DNA of 64,000 nucleotides from Longimicrobiales bacterium (GCA_965218295.1 CBDCKN010000003.1:64001-128000); one strand, 5' to 3'; shown: positions 1-10,112, counted from the stretch's first letter. Made by a program: numbers and translations. Notes: generated by a model not told the origin, from the sequence alone.

Positions 1-16
1 CAACGGACATGCGAAC

Positions 17-2254
17 GTGGCGCTGGCCGAGGGGCTGGAGGAGCTTTGGCCGGTGCCCGGTTCCGTGGAGTCGGAGCTTGGGGACTGGCGGTCGCTGTAC
101 GAGCGGGAGCGCGAGCGAGCGGAGGCGGCGGTGGCCCGCGCGGAGGAGTTGCGGTGGGCGGAGGTGCGGGCGCGCTGCGAAGCGGGATCGTGGAAGTGGC
201 GGTGGGAGGCGTCGCGCCGGAAGCTGAGGGCGGTGATCGCGGAGACGCGGGAGGCCCGCCGCGCGGCGTGGGACGCCCTGGCGTTGCAGCGCGAGGTGGG
301 GCGTCTGCACGGGCTGCTGCGGGAGGCCGGGGTGGACGCGGGGAAGCGCGGCACGGAGATGGCGCTTCGGATGGAGGTGGCACGGCTTCGCGAGGAGGGT
401 TGGGCGCTGGAGAAGGCGCTCGATGCCCGCGCGGCCGAGGTGCAGAACCTTCACAAGGCCCGCATCGAAGCGGACGCGGACATCCTGGCGCTGCGGCGGC
501 AGTTGCGCGAGATGCTCGAGATCCACGGCGAACTGTCGAAGCTGGGGGACCAGCGGGACCGGGTCGAGTCGCTGTCGGAGGAGGTCGGGGCGCTTCGCTG
601 GGCGCTGAAGGTCTCGGAGGCGTCGAAGGGCCGCCTGACGGCGCGGCTGCGGCGTGCGGTCGAGGCGGGGCGGGCGCGGTCGCCGTCGGCCGCCGACGCG
701 GAGTTGCGCAAGGCCTTGCGCAGATCGCGGCGCCAGAGGGCGACGATCGGCTCGCTGACGCGGGAGAAGACCCGGCTCGGCAGGAGGATGCGGGCGTCGC
801 GGCGGCGGATCGAGCGCCTCGAGGGCCAACTGGCGAAGCTTCGCGCGTCGCGCACGGTGCTGCCGAAGGGGCAGTCCGGCGGCGCGTGCGAGAGGCAGGA
901 GCGACCGCGTTCGGGGCGGCGGCGGGGCCAGCAGCCCGGCACGCCGGTCCACGGCCGCACCCCGCGCCCGGGGCTTGAGGAACGCACCGAGGAGCACAAC
1001 CCGCCCGCCGATGCGCGGGTGTGCCGGGGTTGCGGGAGCCCGTACGCGGCCAACGGCGCCGAGGAGTCGGCCCTCGTCGAGATCGAGGTCCGGGCGCACC
1101 GGCGGGTGATCCGCCGCCCGCGCTGGCGGCGGACGTGCGGGTGCGCGTCGTCGCCCGCCGAAGTGACGGCGCCCCCCGTGCCTCGGCTGTTCGCCCGCAC
1201 GCCGTACGGGACGAGCGTCTGGTCGCGCTTCCTGTTCGAGCGCTACGCGTGCCTGCGCCCGCTGCACCGGGTCTGCGGGTGGCTGTCCGACCAGGGTCTG
1301 CCGGTCTCGCCGGGCACGCTGGCGGACAGCGTGCACCGCTTGGCGCCGTTGTTCGAGCCGGTGGGCGCGGCGATCCTCGCGCACCAGAACGGCTCGGCGC
1401 TGCGCCATGCCGACGAGACCAGCTGGCGGGTGCGGGCGCTGCGCGACAGCGACGGATCGGGGTACGCGTGGCTGTGGATCTCGGTCGGCCGCGGCGCGGC
1501 CTACTTCCATGTGGATCCGTCACGCAGCGCCGAGGCGGCCCGGAAGCTGTTCGACGGGGCGCTGTGCCCGACGGTCCTCGTCTGCGACCGCTACAGCGGC
1601 TACAAGAAGCTGGCGCGTCTCCTCGGGGGCAGGGTCACGCTGTCGTTCTGCTGGGCGCACATGCGCAGGGACTTCATCCGGTGCGCGGCCGGGCACGTCC
1701 ATCTGACCGGCTGGTGCCGGGAGTGGCTCGGGCGGATCGCCACGGTCTACCGCCTGCACAAGGCGCGGCTGGAGCTCCACGACCCCGGCCTCGAGCGCCA
1801 GAGCCCGGCGTTCGACGCGGCGCACGACGCGCTGAGCGAGGCGCTCGGCGGCATGTTCGCGGCCTCCGAACGCCAACTCGCCCGCCTGTCGCCAAAGGCG
1901 AGGGAGGGAGGGCCGCTGCGCTCGCTCCTCAACCACCGCGAGGGGCTGAGCGTCTTCCTCGACCGGCCCCGCGTGCCGCTCGACAACAACCTCGCCGAGC
2001 GGCTGCTGCGCGGCCCGGCCATCGGGCGGCGCCTGTCGTTCGGCTCCGACAGCGAGTCCGGCGCCCGGTTCACCGCGCTCATGTACTCGGTGACCGGCAC
2101 CCTGAGGCTGAACGGCCTCGACGTGCCGCGCTGGCTCGCCGACTGGTTGGCGGCGTGCGCGCGCGGCGGCGGTCGCCCGCCGGGCGACCTGTCGCCCTGG
2201 CTGCCGTGGTCGATGGACGCCGGACGCAGGCGCGAAATGACGGCGTCCGCATGA
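17..2254 (+). CDS. IS66-family transposase (TnpC-like) with long N-terminal coiled coil; frame open to window edge so true start may lie upstream
   Basis: Motifs GQQPGTPVHGR, Zn finger CRGCG...CGC, HADETSW, LVCDRYSGY, CWAHMRRDF, DNNLAERLLR, C-terminal LSPWLPW. Confidence 0.92.
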   Translation: MALAEGLEELWPVPGSVESELGDWRSLYERERERAEAAVARAEELRWAEVRARCEAGSWKWRWEASRRKLRAVIAETREARRAAWDALALQREVGRLHGLLREAGVDAGKRGTEMALRMEVARLREEGWALEKALDARAAEVQNLHKARIEADADILALRRQLREMLEIHGELSKLGDQRDRVESLSEEVGALRWALKVSEASKGRLTARLRRAVEAGRARSPSAADAELRKALRRSRRQRATIGSLTREKTRLGRRMRASRRRIERLEGQLAKLRASRTVLPKGQSGGACERQERPRSGRRRGQQPGTPVHGRTPRPGLEERTEEHNPPADARVCRGCGSPYAANGAEESALVEIEVRAHRRVIRRPRWRRTCGCASSPAEVTAPPVPRLFARTPYGTSVWSRFLFERYACLRPLHRVCGWLSDQGLPVSPGTLADSVHRLAPLFEPVGAAILAHQNGSALRHADETSWRVRALRDSDGSGYAWLWISVGRGAAYFHVDPSRSAEAARKLFDGALCPTVLVCDRYSGYKKLARLLGGRVTLSFCWAHMRRDFIRCAAGHVHLTGWCREWLGRIATVYRLHKARLELHDPGLERQSPAFDAAHDALSEALGGMFAASERQLARLSPKAREGGPLRSLLNHREGLSVFLDRPRVPLDNNLAERLLRGPAIGRRLSFGSDSESGARFTALMYSVTGTLRLNGLDVPRWLADWLAACARGGGRPPGDLSPWLPWSMDAGRRREMTASA

Positions 2255-3132
2255 GCGAGCGCATCGAATGCCGCTACCACGGGCGCGACTTCACCGCCGC
2301 GGAAATGGCGCTGCTGCGCCGACTGATCGCCGGACCGCCCGCGCTCAACCGCCACGCCCTGTCGAAGGAGTTCTGCCGGCGCATCGGCTGGTTCAAGCCC
2401 GACGGCGGGCTCAAGGACATGATGGCGCGCGTCACCATGCTCGCCATGCACAGCGACGGCCTCATCGTCCTGCCGCCCCCGAAGTGGAGGCAGAAACGAC
2501 CCGGCCCCATCGTCTTCGGACAGGACACCGAACCGCCCCTCTTCCCCCCGCCCACGATCCTCGACGAGGTCCGCCCCCTCGAACTCCGCACCGTCGTCGG
2601 CGGCACCCGACAGGGCAGGCTGTGGAACGAGTTCGTCGCGCGCCACCACTATCTCGGCTACAAGACCCTCGTCGGCGCCCAGATGCGCTACGCCGTCCAC
2701 GACCGCAACGGCTGGCCGCTCGCCATACTCGGCTTCAGCACCGCCGCCTGGTCCCTCGCTCCACGCGACCGCTTCATCGGATGGACCCCGACCCTGCGAA
2801 AGAAGAACCTGCCGCTCGTCATCGACAACCCCAGGTTCCTCATCCTGCCCTGGATCCGCATCCCCAACCTCGGATCCCACATCCTCGCCCTCGTCCGCCG
2901 CCGCCTGCCCCGCGACTGGACCCGCCGCTACAACACCACCCCCGTCCTCATCGAGACCTTCGTCGAGGTCCCCCGCTTCACCGGCGGCGTCTACAGGGCC
3001 TCCGGTTGGATCCGCGTCGGTACCACACGGGGACGAGGGCGCTACGACACCGCCAAGCAGTACGGCAAGCCCACCAAGGATGTCTGGCTCCGCCCGCTCG
3101 CCAAGCACTGGAAGCGCATCCTCAACCGCTGA
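2251..3132 (+). CDS. DUF4338 / Druantia DruA-like protein (293 aa)
   Basis: ATG at 2251 overlaps the transposase TGA (ATGA). Motifs WNEFVARHHYLG, GAQMRY, APRDRFIGW, NPRFLILPW, NLGSHIL, LIETFVE, GGVYRASGW, GTTRGRGR. The upstream part of the 1021..3132 ORF call is shadow. Confidence 0.85.
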   Translation: MSERIECRYHGRDFTAAEMALLRRLIAGPPALNRHALSKEFCRRIGWFKPDGGLKDMMARVTMLAMHSDGLIVLPPPKWRQKRPGPIVFGQDTEPPLFPPPTILDEVRPLELRTVVGGTRQGRLWNEFVARHHYLGYKTLVGAQMRYAVHDRNGWPLAILGFSTAAWSLAPRDRFIGWTPTLRKKNLPLVIDNPRFLILPWIRIPNLGSHILALVRRRLPRDWTRRYNTTPVLIETFVEVPRFTGGVYRASGWIRVGTTRGRGRYDTAKQYGKPTKDVWLRPLAKHWKRILNR

Positions 3133-3188
3133 GCACCCCCACACACACGATCCGACAACACGACGCTCCCCACGGCTTGGCCGAACAG

Positions 3189-4532
3189 TTACATGTCGAT
3201 CCGCTCCGCCCTCGTGATCAGATAGAGATCGTTCTGTGCAGGATGGGAAGCGGCCTGGCGGAGCGCGTCGAGCTCGTCGCTCGAGAAGCCGCCCTCGATC
3301 TGCAGGACGAGGTCCCGCCCCACACCCTCCTGGAAGATGTCCGGGAAGTTAGGGCTGGGGAACCAGGGGGTCGCGTAGTGCGTGGCAGGTGGTAGCTCGA
3401 GGTGCTCCGGGTGCGGCCCAGCGGAACCGACAAAGGCCACGTTGTTCATAGCCCGCCCCGCCTCCAAGGCGTCGATGGTAGGATCAGTGTCCACGCGATA
3501 GCGGCGAAGCGCCTCCGCCGCTCCCGCCATCTCCTGGACGGAGAGGAACTGGGGGATGGCGATGTCCGCCAGAACGGGACCCACAGAGCTGGCCAGGGAG
3601 ACCGTGATGGTCGGGACGACGACCACGATGAAGAGGAGCACCACCAGGAAGGCGGCGCTTCGAAAACGCCGGCCTTGACCGAGGGAACCCGCCCCCATGA
3701 CCACCTGGTCCCCTGCCTCCTCCAGCTCGTTCGTCCAGTCCACGACCTCCTGATGGATCCGCTCGATGCCGCCTTCCTGCGCCCGCCAGGCTGACAGGGC
3801 CAGTCGGACTCGGACGAACTGGAACCCGTGGATGGTTCCCCCGAACACGAGGAACACGAGCGTCGGTGCCAAGGTCACCAGCCAGATCTCTCGCTCGGTG
3901 AGAAGCTCACGGGCGGCCAGCACCACGGATAGCGAAAAGCCCACAGCGAGCCAGAGAGCACCAGCGAGGATCAAGGCCGCCGCGGCGAGACGCAGTTTGG
4001 TGAGCCGGGTCCGGTCGGCCTCGGAAAACCGGGAAAAGTGCCGTTTCCCCATGAGGAGGAACCCCTGGTCACGACGGAGATCCGTGGCGACCTCGGCGAT
4101 GGTCAGCAAGCCATACCCGAGGTCGGCGGCACGCCCACCTGCCCTCACCAGAGACTGAAGGAGGAAGAACGCCCCGAACAGAATCGCGGCGCCCACGAGA
4201 CTTACGGTCAGCCCCAGGGCCCAGTTGTCCTCCAGCGGACCGAGGCTCCAGAACTCCTGGGGTGTGGCCAGGGACCAGATGAGGGGAGTCACCAGGACGA
4301 TGCTTCCCAGCCAGGCCAGCGTCGTGATCTTCCAGAGAGCTCCCTGTATCCACTCGAACCCCGGGGGCGGCCAGGGTAGACGTACCCCACTCCGGTCTTC
4401 TCTGGTGCCCTTACGGAACTGTTGCGCCGGGGCGTCTTTCGACGCCTCGGGATACGGCGGCGGCCCACCTGAAGACTCCGGGGGTGACGTGGGTGGCGTC
4501 GGCTCCGGTGGGGTCAGTTCGTCTTCGCTCAT
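3189..4532 (-). pseudogene. Multi-pass membrane protein, 3'-truncated by the IS
   Basis: About 5 hydrophobic segments, then a soluble domain that stops abruptly. Its TAA (3189-3191) is supplied by the IS terminus. Likely start MSEDELTPP at 4532. Confidence 0.7.
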
Positions 4533-4634
4533 TGTGCTTCCTCTAGGCGGTGAACCGTCGAGACGGGGCCTGTAGGAATACCGACTCAAGAGCCTGCTTT
4601 GGGCAAGGACTTTCCTACCGCTGTCCGGTCTCCG

Positions 4635-6800
4635 TCAACCTTCTCGGATGGGCTCAGTGGGAGCGTGGAGCTCGAGTGGCTGTGACGAGTCGGCGACGGC
4701 GCTCCCGCGCCCCGAGAGACTCGGATTGGTCATGAAGTAGCTGTGAGCGTCGAAGGGATCGTCATCCGGCGCGGCACGCTGGTATGTCCGGTCCGGCTGA
4801 AGGTACCAGCTCTGGAGAGTGTCCCTGAGGTTGGCCTGCATGATCTCGTCGAGGACCTGACTGTGGACCGTGGGGTTCTCGATGGGGACGAGGTGCTCGA
4901 CCCTCCGATAGAGGTTCCGAGGCATCCAATCCGCCGATGAGATGAAGACCTTCGCGGAGCGTGATGGCAGTGGGTGCCCGCTCCCGAAGCAGACGATGCG
5001 GCTGTGCTCCAGGAAGCGTCCCACGATGCTCTTGACGGTGATGTTCTCAGAGAGGCCCGGGATCCCCGGTCGTAGGCAACAGATCCCCCTCACCACGAGA
5101 GAGATCTGGACCCCCGCCTGTGACGCCCGGTAGAGGGCGTCGATGATGCTGCCGTCCACCAGGGCGTTCAGCTTCGCCCAGATGGTGGCAGGTCGGCCGG
5201 CCTCGGCGTGGGCCATCTCCTCCTCCATGAGCTTCACGAGGGTGTCGTGCAGATCGAAAGGGGCGACCACGAGCTTGTTCAGATTGCGCGGGCGGCCGTA
5301 CCCGGTGGTGAAGTTGAAGACCCGAGCGGCGTCGCCGCAGAGGTCTTCGTCACAGGTGAAGTAAGAAAGGTCTGTGTACACCCGCGCATTGACGGGATGG
5401 TAGTTGCCAGTGCCGATGTGGGCGTACGAGCGGAGCTCGCTCTCCTCCCGCCGCACCACGAGGGAAAGCTTGGCGTGGGTCTTCAGGTCCATGAAGCCGT
5501 AGACCACATGCACACCTGACGCCTCCATCTTCTGCGCCAGGCGGATGTTCGCCTCCTCGTCGAATCGAGCCTTCAGCTCCACGAGCGCCGTTACGCTCTT
5601 TCCGGCCTCCGCCGCTTCGATGAGCTCGCCCACGATGGGCGAGTCGTCGCTGGTCCGGTAGAGCGTCTGCTTGATGGCCACGACGTCCGGATCGCGGGCC
5701 GCCTGGCGGACGAACTGTACGACCACGTCGAAGCTCTCGAACGGATGGTGAACCAGCAGATCCTTCGCTCGAATGGCCGCGAAGTGGTCTCCGTCGAAGT
5801 CCCGAATCCGCTCCGGAAAGCGTGGGGTGAAGGGGCTGAAGACGAGGTCGGGGCGGTCGGGTGTGATCAGCTCAGCCAGATCCCCCAGGCCCAAGAGGCC
5901 CCCGGCCTGGAACACACTGTTCGCCTCGGCTGCCAACTCGATGATGAGGAAGTCCCTCATCTCCTTGGACATGAAAGTCGACACGCGAAGGGAGATGACC
6001 GATCCCCTCTTCCGGCGCTTGACCAGCGACTCGAACTCCTGCAACAGATCCTCCGCCTTCTCCTGGATCTCCACCTCGGAGTCCCTGAGGACCCGGAAAT
6101 GCTCCACCTCTTCCACCTCGAACCCGGGGAAGAGCGTGTGCAGGTATCTGCAGATCAGCTCCTCCACTCTCAGGAAGCGCGGCTTCTTCAACTTCCCGGG
6201 GAGGCGCACGAAGCGGGGCATCTGCAACGGGAGGGGCAGCAACGCCGACATCCGCCCGCCGCTCTCCGGACGGCGAAGGGAGAGAGCGAGGCACAGTCCA
6301 CCGTTGGGTATGAACGGGAAGGGGTGAGCCGGATCCACGGCTAGGGGCGTGAGCACCGGAAAGACTTGACGGATGAAATAGTCGTCCATCCACTCTTCGT
6401 CTTTCGTCTTTAGATCCGAGGGATGGAGGACCGACACCCCCTTTGCGGCAAGCTCCTCGCGGAGGACCTGCCAGATCTCCTGCTGGCGCGTCATCAGCTT
6501 CGCCGCCCGGCTGTTGACCTGGCGAAACTGCTGGAGGGGCGTTCTCCCGTCCTGGCTCAGAGACGTGACCCCGGCCTTTACCTGCGCCCTCAGGCCGGCG
6601 ACCCGGACCATGAAGAACTCGTCTAGGTTGGTACCGGAGATGGAGAGAAATCGGACGCGTTCGAGAAGGGGGTGCCGCTCGTTCATCGCCTCCTCGAGGA
6701 CGCGCTCGTTGAACGCCAACCAGGACAGCTCCCGGTTGATGAAGCGCTTGCGCGAGCGTGGCCCGATGGCCGCGAGATCCTTGGTCGCGACGTCTTCCAC
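4635..6800 (-). CDS. ppk1: Polyphosphate kinase 1
   Basis: INRELSWLAFNERVL, NLDEFFMVRVAGL, AHPFPFI, KQTLYRTS, ELKARFDEE, KTHAK, GRFLEHSR, SADWMPRNL. Confidence 0.97.
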   Translation of the reverse strand: MEDVATKDLAAIGPRSRKRFINRELSWLAFNERVLEEAMNERHPLLERVRFLSISGTNLDEFFMVRVAGLRAQVKAGVTSLSQDGRTPLQQFRQVNSRAAKLMTRQQEIWQVLREELAAKGVSVLHPSDLKTKDEEWMDDYFIRQVFPVLTPLAVDPAHPFPFIPNGGLCLALSLRRPESGGRMSALLPLPLQMPRFVRLPGKLKKPRFLRVEELICRYLHTLFPGFEVEEVEHFRVLRDSEVEIQEKAEDLLQEFESLVKRRKRGSVISLRVSTFMSKEMRDFLIIELAAEANSVFQAGGLLGLGDLAELITPDRPDLVFSPFTPRFPERIRDFDGDHFAAIRAKDLLVHHPFESFDVVVQFVRQAARDPDVVAIKQTLYRTSDDSPIVGELIEAAEAGKSVTALVELKARFDEEANIRLAQKMEASGVHVVYGFMDLKTHAKLSLVVRREESELRSYAHIGTGNYHPVNARVYTDLSYFTCDEDLCGDAARVFNFTTGYGRPRNLNKLVVAPFDLHDTLVKLMEEEMAHAEAGRPATIWAKLNALVDGSIIDALYRASQAGVQISLVVRGICCLRPGIPGLSENITVKSIVGRFLEHSRIVCFGSGHPLPSRSAKVFISSADWMPRNLYRRVEHLVPIENPTVHSQVLDEIMQANLRDTLQSWYLQPDRTYQRAAPDDDPFDAHSYFMTNPSLSGRGSAVADSSQPLELHAPTEPIREG

Positions 6801-6892
6801 GGTGGTCCCCCCCTGTCGGAGAAGCGAAAACCGCCCCCGGGGCGGTTCTTTTATACTAGCACGTTGAGCGCCAAATGTTTATGGGTATAGGC

Positions 6893-7405
6893 ATGAGGAC
6901 TCTCTACCTGCTCCGTCACGCCAAGTCGAGCTGGGCCGATCCGTCGCTGGCCGATCACGACCGCCCATTGAACGGCCGGGGAAGACGAGCGGCCCCATTG
7001 ATGGGTGCGTACCTCCGAGAGGGCGGTCACCGACCGGACCTAGTTCTCTGCTCCACCGCCGCCCGCACCCGGGAGACGCTGGCGGCCGTGATGGAGGAGC
7101 TGGACGTCGAGCCCGAGATCGACTGGGACGGCGACCTCTACCTGGCTGCGCCTCAAGAACTGCTCGACCTCGTTCGGGCGGTGCCTGACACGGTCGAGTC
7201 CGTTCTCATGGTAGCCCACAACCCCGGAACGGCCATCCTGGCCCACGTACTCTGTGCCGACGGAGACGCTGCCGAGCTCGACCTCATGCGCACCAAGTTT
7301 TCGACCGCCGCCCTGGCGATAATCGACCTGGAGGTAGATCGTTGGGAAGAGGTGCGAAGCGACTGCGGACGCCTGAGGAGCTTCACGCGACCTCGGGACC
7401 TCTAG
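6893..7405 (+). CDS. sixA: SixA-like phosphohistidine phosphatase
   Basis: LLRHAKSSW, DHDRPLNGRG, CSTAARTRET, VAHNPG. Confidence 0.9.
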   Translation: MRTLYLLRHAKSSWADPSLADHDRPLNGRGRRAAPLMGAYLREGGHRPDLVLCSTAARTRETLAAVMEELDVEPEIDWDGDLYLAAPQELLDLVRAVPDTVESVLMVAHNPGTAILAHVLCADGDAAELDLMRTKFSTAALAIIDLEVDRWEEVRSDCGRLRSFTRPRDL

Positions 7406-7461
7406 TGATGCTTCTCCCGGTTCCGCTCCCGTCATCTCGTGATATGTGCTGGAGGTGCACC

Positions 7462-7698
7462 ATGCTGAGGAATGTTTCGCTGACGGCGTTGGCCGGCATG
7501 ACCATCGTCCTGCTGGGCTGCTCCGGTGGCGGGAACGCCGGCGACAACCCCGCCGATACCCTGACGCGGCGTCAAAAGGACAGCATCATCGCCACCTTCC
7601 CGATTCCTGGAGCGCGTGGAGTGGGCAAGGCCCTCGATGCCCTGGAGAAGTCCAACGCGCGGGCGGCCCAGCACGACTCCGTCGCCCTCGGCCGCTGA
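7462..7698 (+). CDS. Small lipoprotein
   Basis: GGAGG RBS before ATG 7462; signal with lipobox LLGC. Confidence 0.7.
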   Translation: MLRNVSLTALAGMTIVLLGCSGGGNAGDNPADTLTRRQKDSIIATFPIPGARGVGKALDALEKSNARAAQHDSVALGR

Positions 7699-7877
7699 CC
7701 CTCCGAAGGGATCCCTGCCGGAAGTTCCCCGTTTCCGGGGCTTCGTACGTGGCGTTTCTGCCTACGTAATCGTCGGGTCGCGCTACGTATTCCGACGTAT
7801 CGAGCCGGCAAGCCGCTCTGACCATCGTTCTCCTGTGGGACCACCCCACGCCCGAAACTCTTGAAGGAGAACGAAAG

Positions 7878-8423
7878 ATGTCACGCACCGTACTCGCCTA
7901 CACGATCGCAGCCCTGGCCCTGAGCGCAGGAACCGTCGCCGCTCAGGAGCCCTTGGTCCCGGAGGACATGCGGGTCAAGAAGCTCCCCCGGCAGAAGCTC
8001 AGCGGTCCACGCTTCGGCTTCACCGTATTCACGGGGGACGTCGCGGATCAGAGGGACGACGCCGGCCTCGAGCCAATGATGACGCAGTTCGGCTGGCAGT
8101 GGGAAACCCAGATCGTATCGATGCAGGGAGGGAATCAAGCCCTCATGGAGTGGATTCTGCTGGTCGGCGGCGTGGAGCAGAGCGAGTTCAGCCTGTCCTT
8201 GGGCTGGCTGGCGGGATACCGGCTCGAAAACGGCGTCGAATTCGGTGTCGGCCCGAACTTCAGCGTGAACAAGGACAACGACTGGGAGCCGAACACCTCG
8301 ATGGTTTTCGCAGCCGGCTCCACTCTGCCGTTCGGTGATCTCTACCTGCCCCTGAACCTGGCGGTCAGTGTGGCGAAGGGTGGGCCGAGGATCACCATGC
8401 TCATGGGATGGATCGTGGGCTGA
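7878..8423 (+). CDS. Exported hypothetical protein, beta-strand rich
   Basis: AAGGAG RBS; signal peptide ending VAA-Q; alternating aromatic/Gly beta pattern. Confidence 0.75.
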   Translation: MSRTVLAYTIAALALSAGTVAAQEPLVPEDMRVKKLPRQKLSGPRFGFTVFTGDVADQRDDAGLEPMMTQFGWQWETQIVSMQGGNQALMEWILLVGGVEQSEFSLSLGWLAGYRLENGVEFGVGPNFSVNKDNDWEPNTSMVFAAGSTLPFGDLYLPLNLAVSVAKGGPRITMLMGWIVG

Positions 8424-8571
8424 TGGAGAAGCCAGACACGGCGCATCGATCCCTGGGACGTTCGCCGCTGCTACCGGGTCCCTCTCCCTCGAGGGAGGCG
8501 ATCCGGTGGCAGAGCGGCCCCCGGGGGATCACCCGTCGTTGGACTGCGGCGCCTTGGGCTCGCTTGGTCGG

Positions 8572-8961
8572 TCAGCCGTGGGTGAGCGTCCAGACGTATG
8601 CGGCGACCGCCTTCACCTGGTCATCGGTGATAGCCGAGCCACCCTTGGGAGGCATGATCATGCCAAGGGTGTTCTTGACTTCCGCCAGGGAGACTCCGTT
8701 GGTGATCTGGTCGATGAGCTCCGGGTAGGTCCCCTCGCCCGTGAGCCACTCGCCGTCGGTGAGATTCGGACCCACGGCCCCGGAGCCGTCCATTCCGTGG
8801 CACACGGCGCACAGGCCTGCACCCATGAAGATCGTCTGGCCCTCTTGGACCATCGCCTCGGTCACGCCCTCAGGCAGTGCCTCCTGAGCCTGAAGGCTGG
8901 AAGCGCCGATGAGGGCAATGGCGAGTCCGGCAAACGTCAGGGAAATACGCTTCATTTCCAT
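8572..8961 (-). CDS. Periplasmic monoheme cytochrome c
   Basis: Signal peptide; CAVCH heme motif; GPNLTD; MPPKGG with distal Met. Confidence 0.92.
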   Translation of the reverse strand: MEMKRISLTFAGLAIALIGASSLQAQEALPEGVTEAMVQEGQTIFMGAGLCAVCHGMDGSGAVGPNLTDGEWLTGEGTYPELIDQITNGVSLAEVKNTLGMIMPPKGGSAITDDQVKAVAAYVWTLTHG

Positions 8962-9332
8962 CCCCTACTCTGATGTACGCACCGACGACCGTCGCGAGAC
9001 CACCCCGGACACTTTCCGTCAGATGAATCCTCGAAGATAAAATCGCCACGCCGTGATCCCAAGACTGGTGAGGTCGAAGACGGGCATGCCCGTGGGGGAG
9101 GTCGGGTTTGACCGCCCTGCACCGTCCACGGCGGGTGACACCCGGTGTCCCGCTTATCGGTCATACGAACGACCCGTCGAGTCAACAAACACGCGGTATT
9201 ACAGGGATTCGGTCATCGGCATGCATCTTGCCCGTAGAAGCGTAGTCGAGCCAAGCTCGAAACGCATTGCCCTGGTCCGCGGGATGGCCCGGAGGTAGTG
9301 TCAATCGTCGGGTTATCGCCTGGAGGTGCAAC

Positions 9333-10094
9333 ATGAACGCTCACCGCAATCGGGTTCAGCGGAGAGTTCTCCTCGCAGCCATCGCGGCCATGATCTCGCT
9401 TCCAATGGCAGCCTCGGCGCAGGCGGGCGGCCCCGGCTTCCTCTTTCGTAGGCCCATGATGTCCTTCGGCATAAGGGCCGGATACGCGCGTCCCCAAGCA
9501 GGCAGCGAGGTCTTCGACTTCGCCCGCAACATCCTCACCCTCGGCACGAGCGACTTCGCGTCGTCGGCGTGGGGGGCGGATCTCGCGATCCGGGCGACCG
9601 AGCGTCTCGACATTGCGGCCGGCGTAGGCCTCACCCGGAGCAGCACGCGTTCGGAGTTCCGGGACTGGGTGGATCTCGACGACCTCCCCATCGAGCAGAC
9701 CACGACCTTCCTTCGCGTCCCTATGACGCTTAGTGCGAAATACTACTTCCGGGACCGAGGCCGCTCGGTGAGTCGGTTCGTGTGGGTGCCGGAGCGATGG
9801 TCGCCTTACGTAGGCGTGGGTGGCGGCGCGGTCTGGTACCGGTTCGAGCAGGAAGGCGACTTCGTGGACTTCGAGACCTTGGACGTCTTCAACGCCTTCC
9901 TCGACTCCGAGGGCACGACGGGCACGGCGCACGTATTCTCCGGCGTGGACCTCTCACTGAGCCCGAGGATGGTGCTGACCGGTGAAGCGCGGTACTCGTG
10001 GGCTAGCACGGATATGGGACGGGACTTCGTGGACTTCGACGGCATCGATCTCGGTGGCTTTCAGGCTACACTGGGATTGTCGATACGCTTCTGA
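9333..10094 (+). CDS. Outer-membrane beta-barrel protein
   Basis: GGAGG RBS; signal peptide; SPYVGVGGG strand; C-terminal GLSIRF. Confidence 0.85.
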   Translation: MNAHRNRVQRRVLLAAIAAMISLPMAASAQAGGPGFLFRRPMMSFGIRAGYARPQAGSEVFDFARNILTLGTSDFASSAWGADLAIRATERLDIAAGVGLTRSSTRSEFRDWVDLDDLPIEQTTTFLRVPMTLSAKYYFRDRGRSVSRFVWVPERWSPYVGVGGGAVWYRFEQEGDFVDFETLDVFNAFLDSEGTTGTAHVFSGVDLSLSPRMVLTGEARYSWASTDMGRDFVDFDGIDLGGFQATLGLSIRF

Positions 10095-10112
10095 CCGAAA
10101 GGGACAGTGACG

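Larger units (their letters stand above)
1..3192 (+). mobile_element. IS66-family-like insertion sequence, right part (left end outside window)
   Basis: Contains an IS66-type DDE transposase plus a coupled second ORF. Ends ...CCGAACAGTTAC at 3192 (reverse complement GTAACTGTTCGG; IS66 termini begin GTAA). An unrelated gene is cut exactly at this point. Confidence 0.85.

Noticed and set aside
1021..2250. 703-aa ORF as a single protein or programmed frameshift fusion
   Set aside because: The upstream 410 aa are a GC-rich shadow frame of the transposase; recognisable sequence starts at ATG 2251 and no slippery site was seen.
2251..3132. Complete Druantia defence system
   Set aside because: Only the DruA-like gene is present, inside an IS; no DruE helicase or other dru genes in the window.
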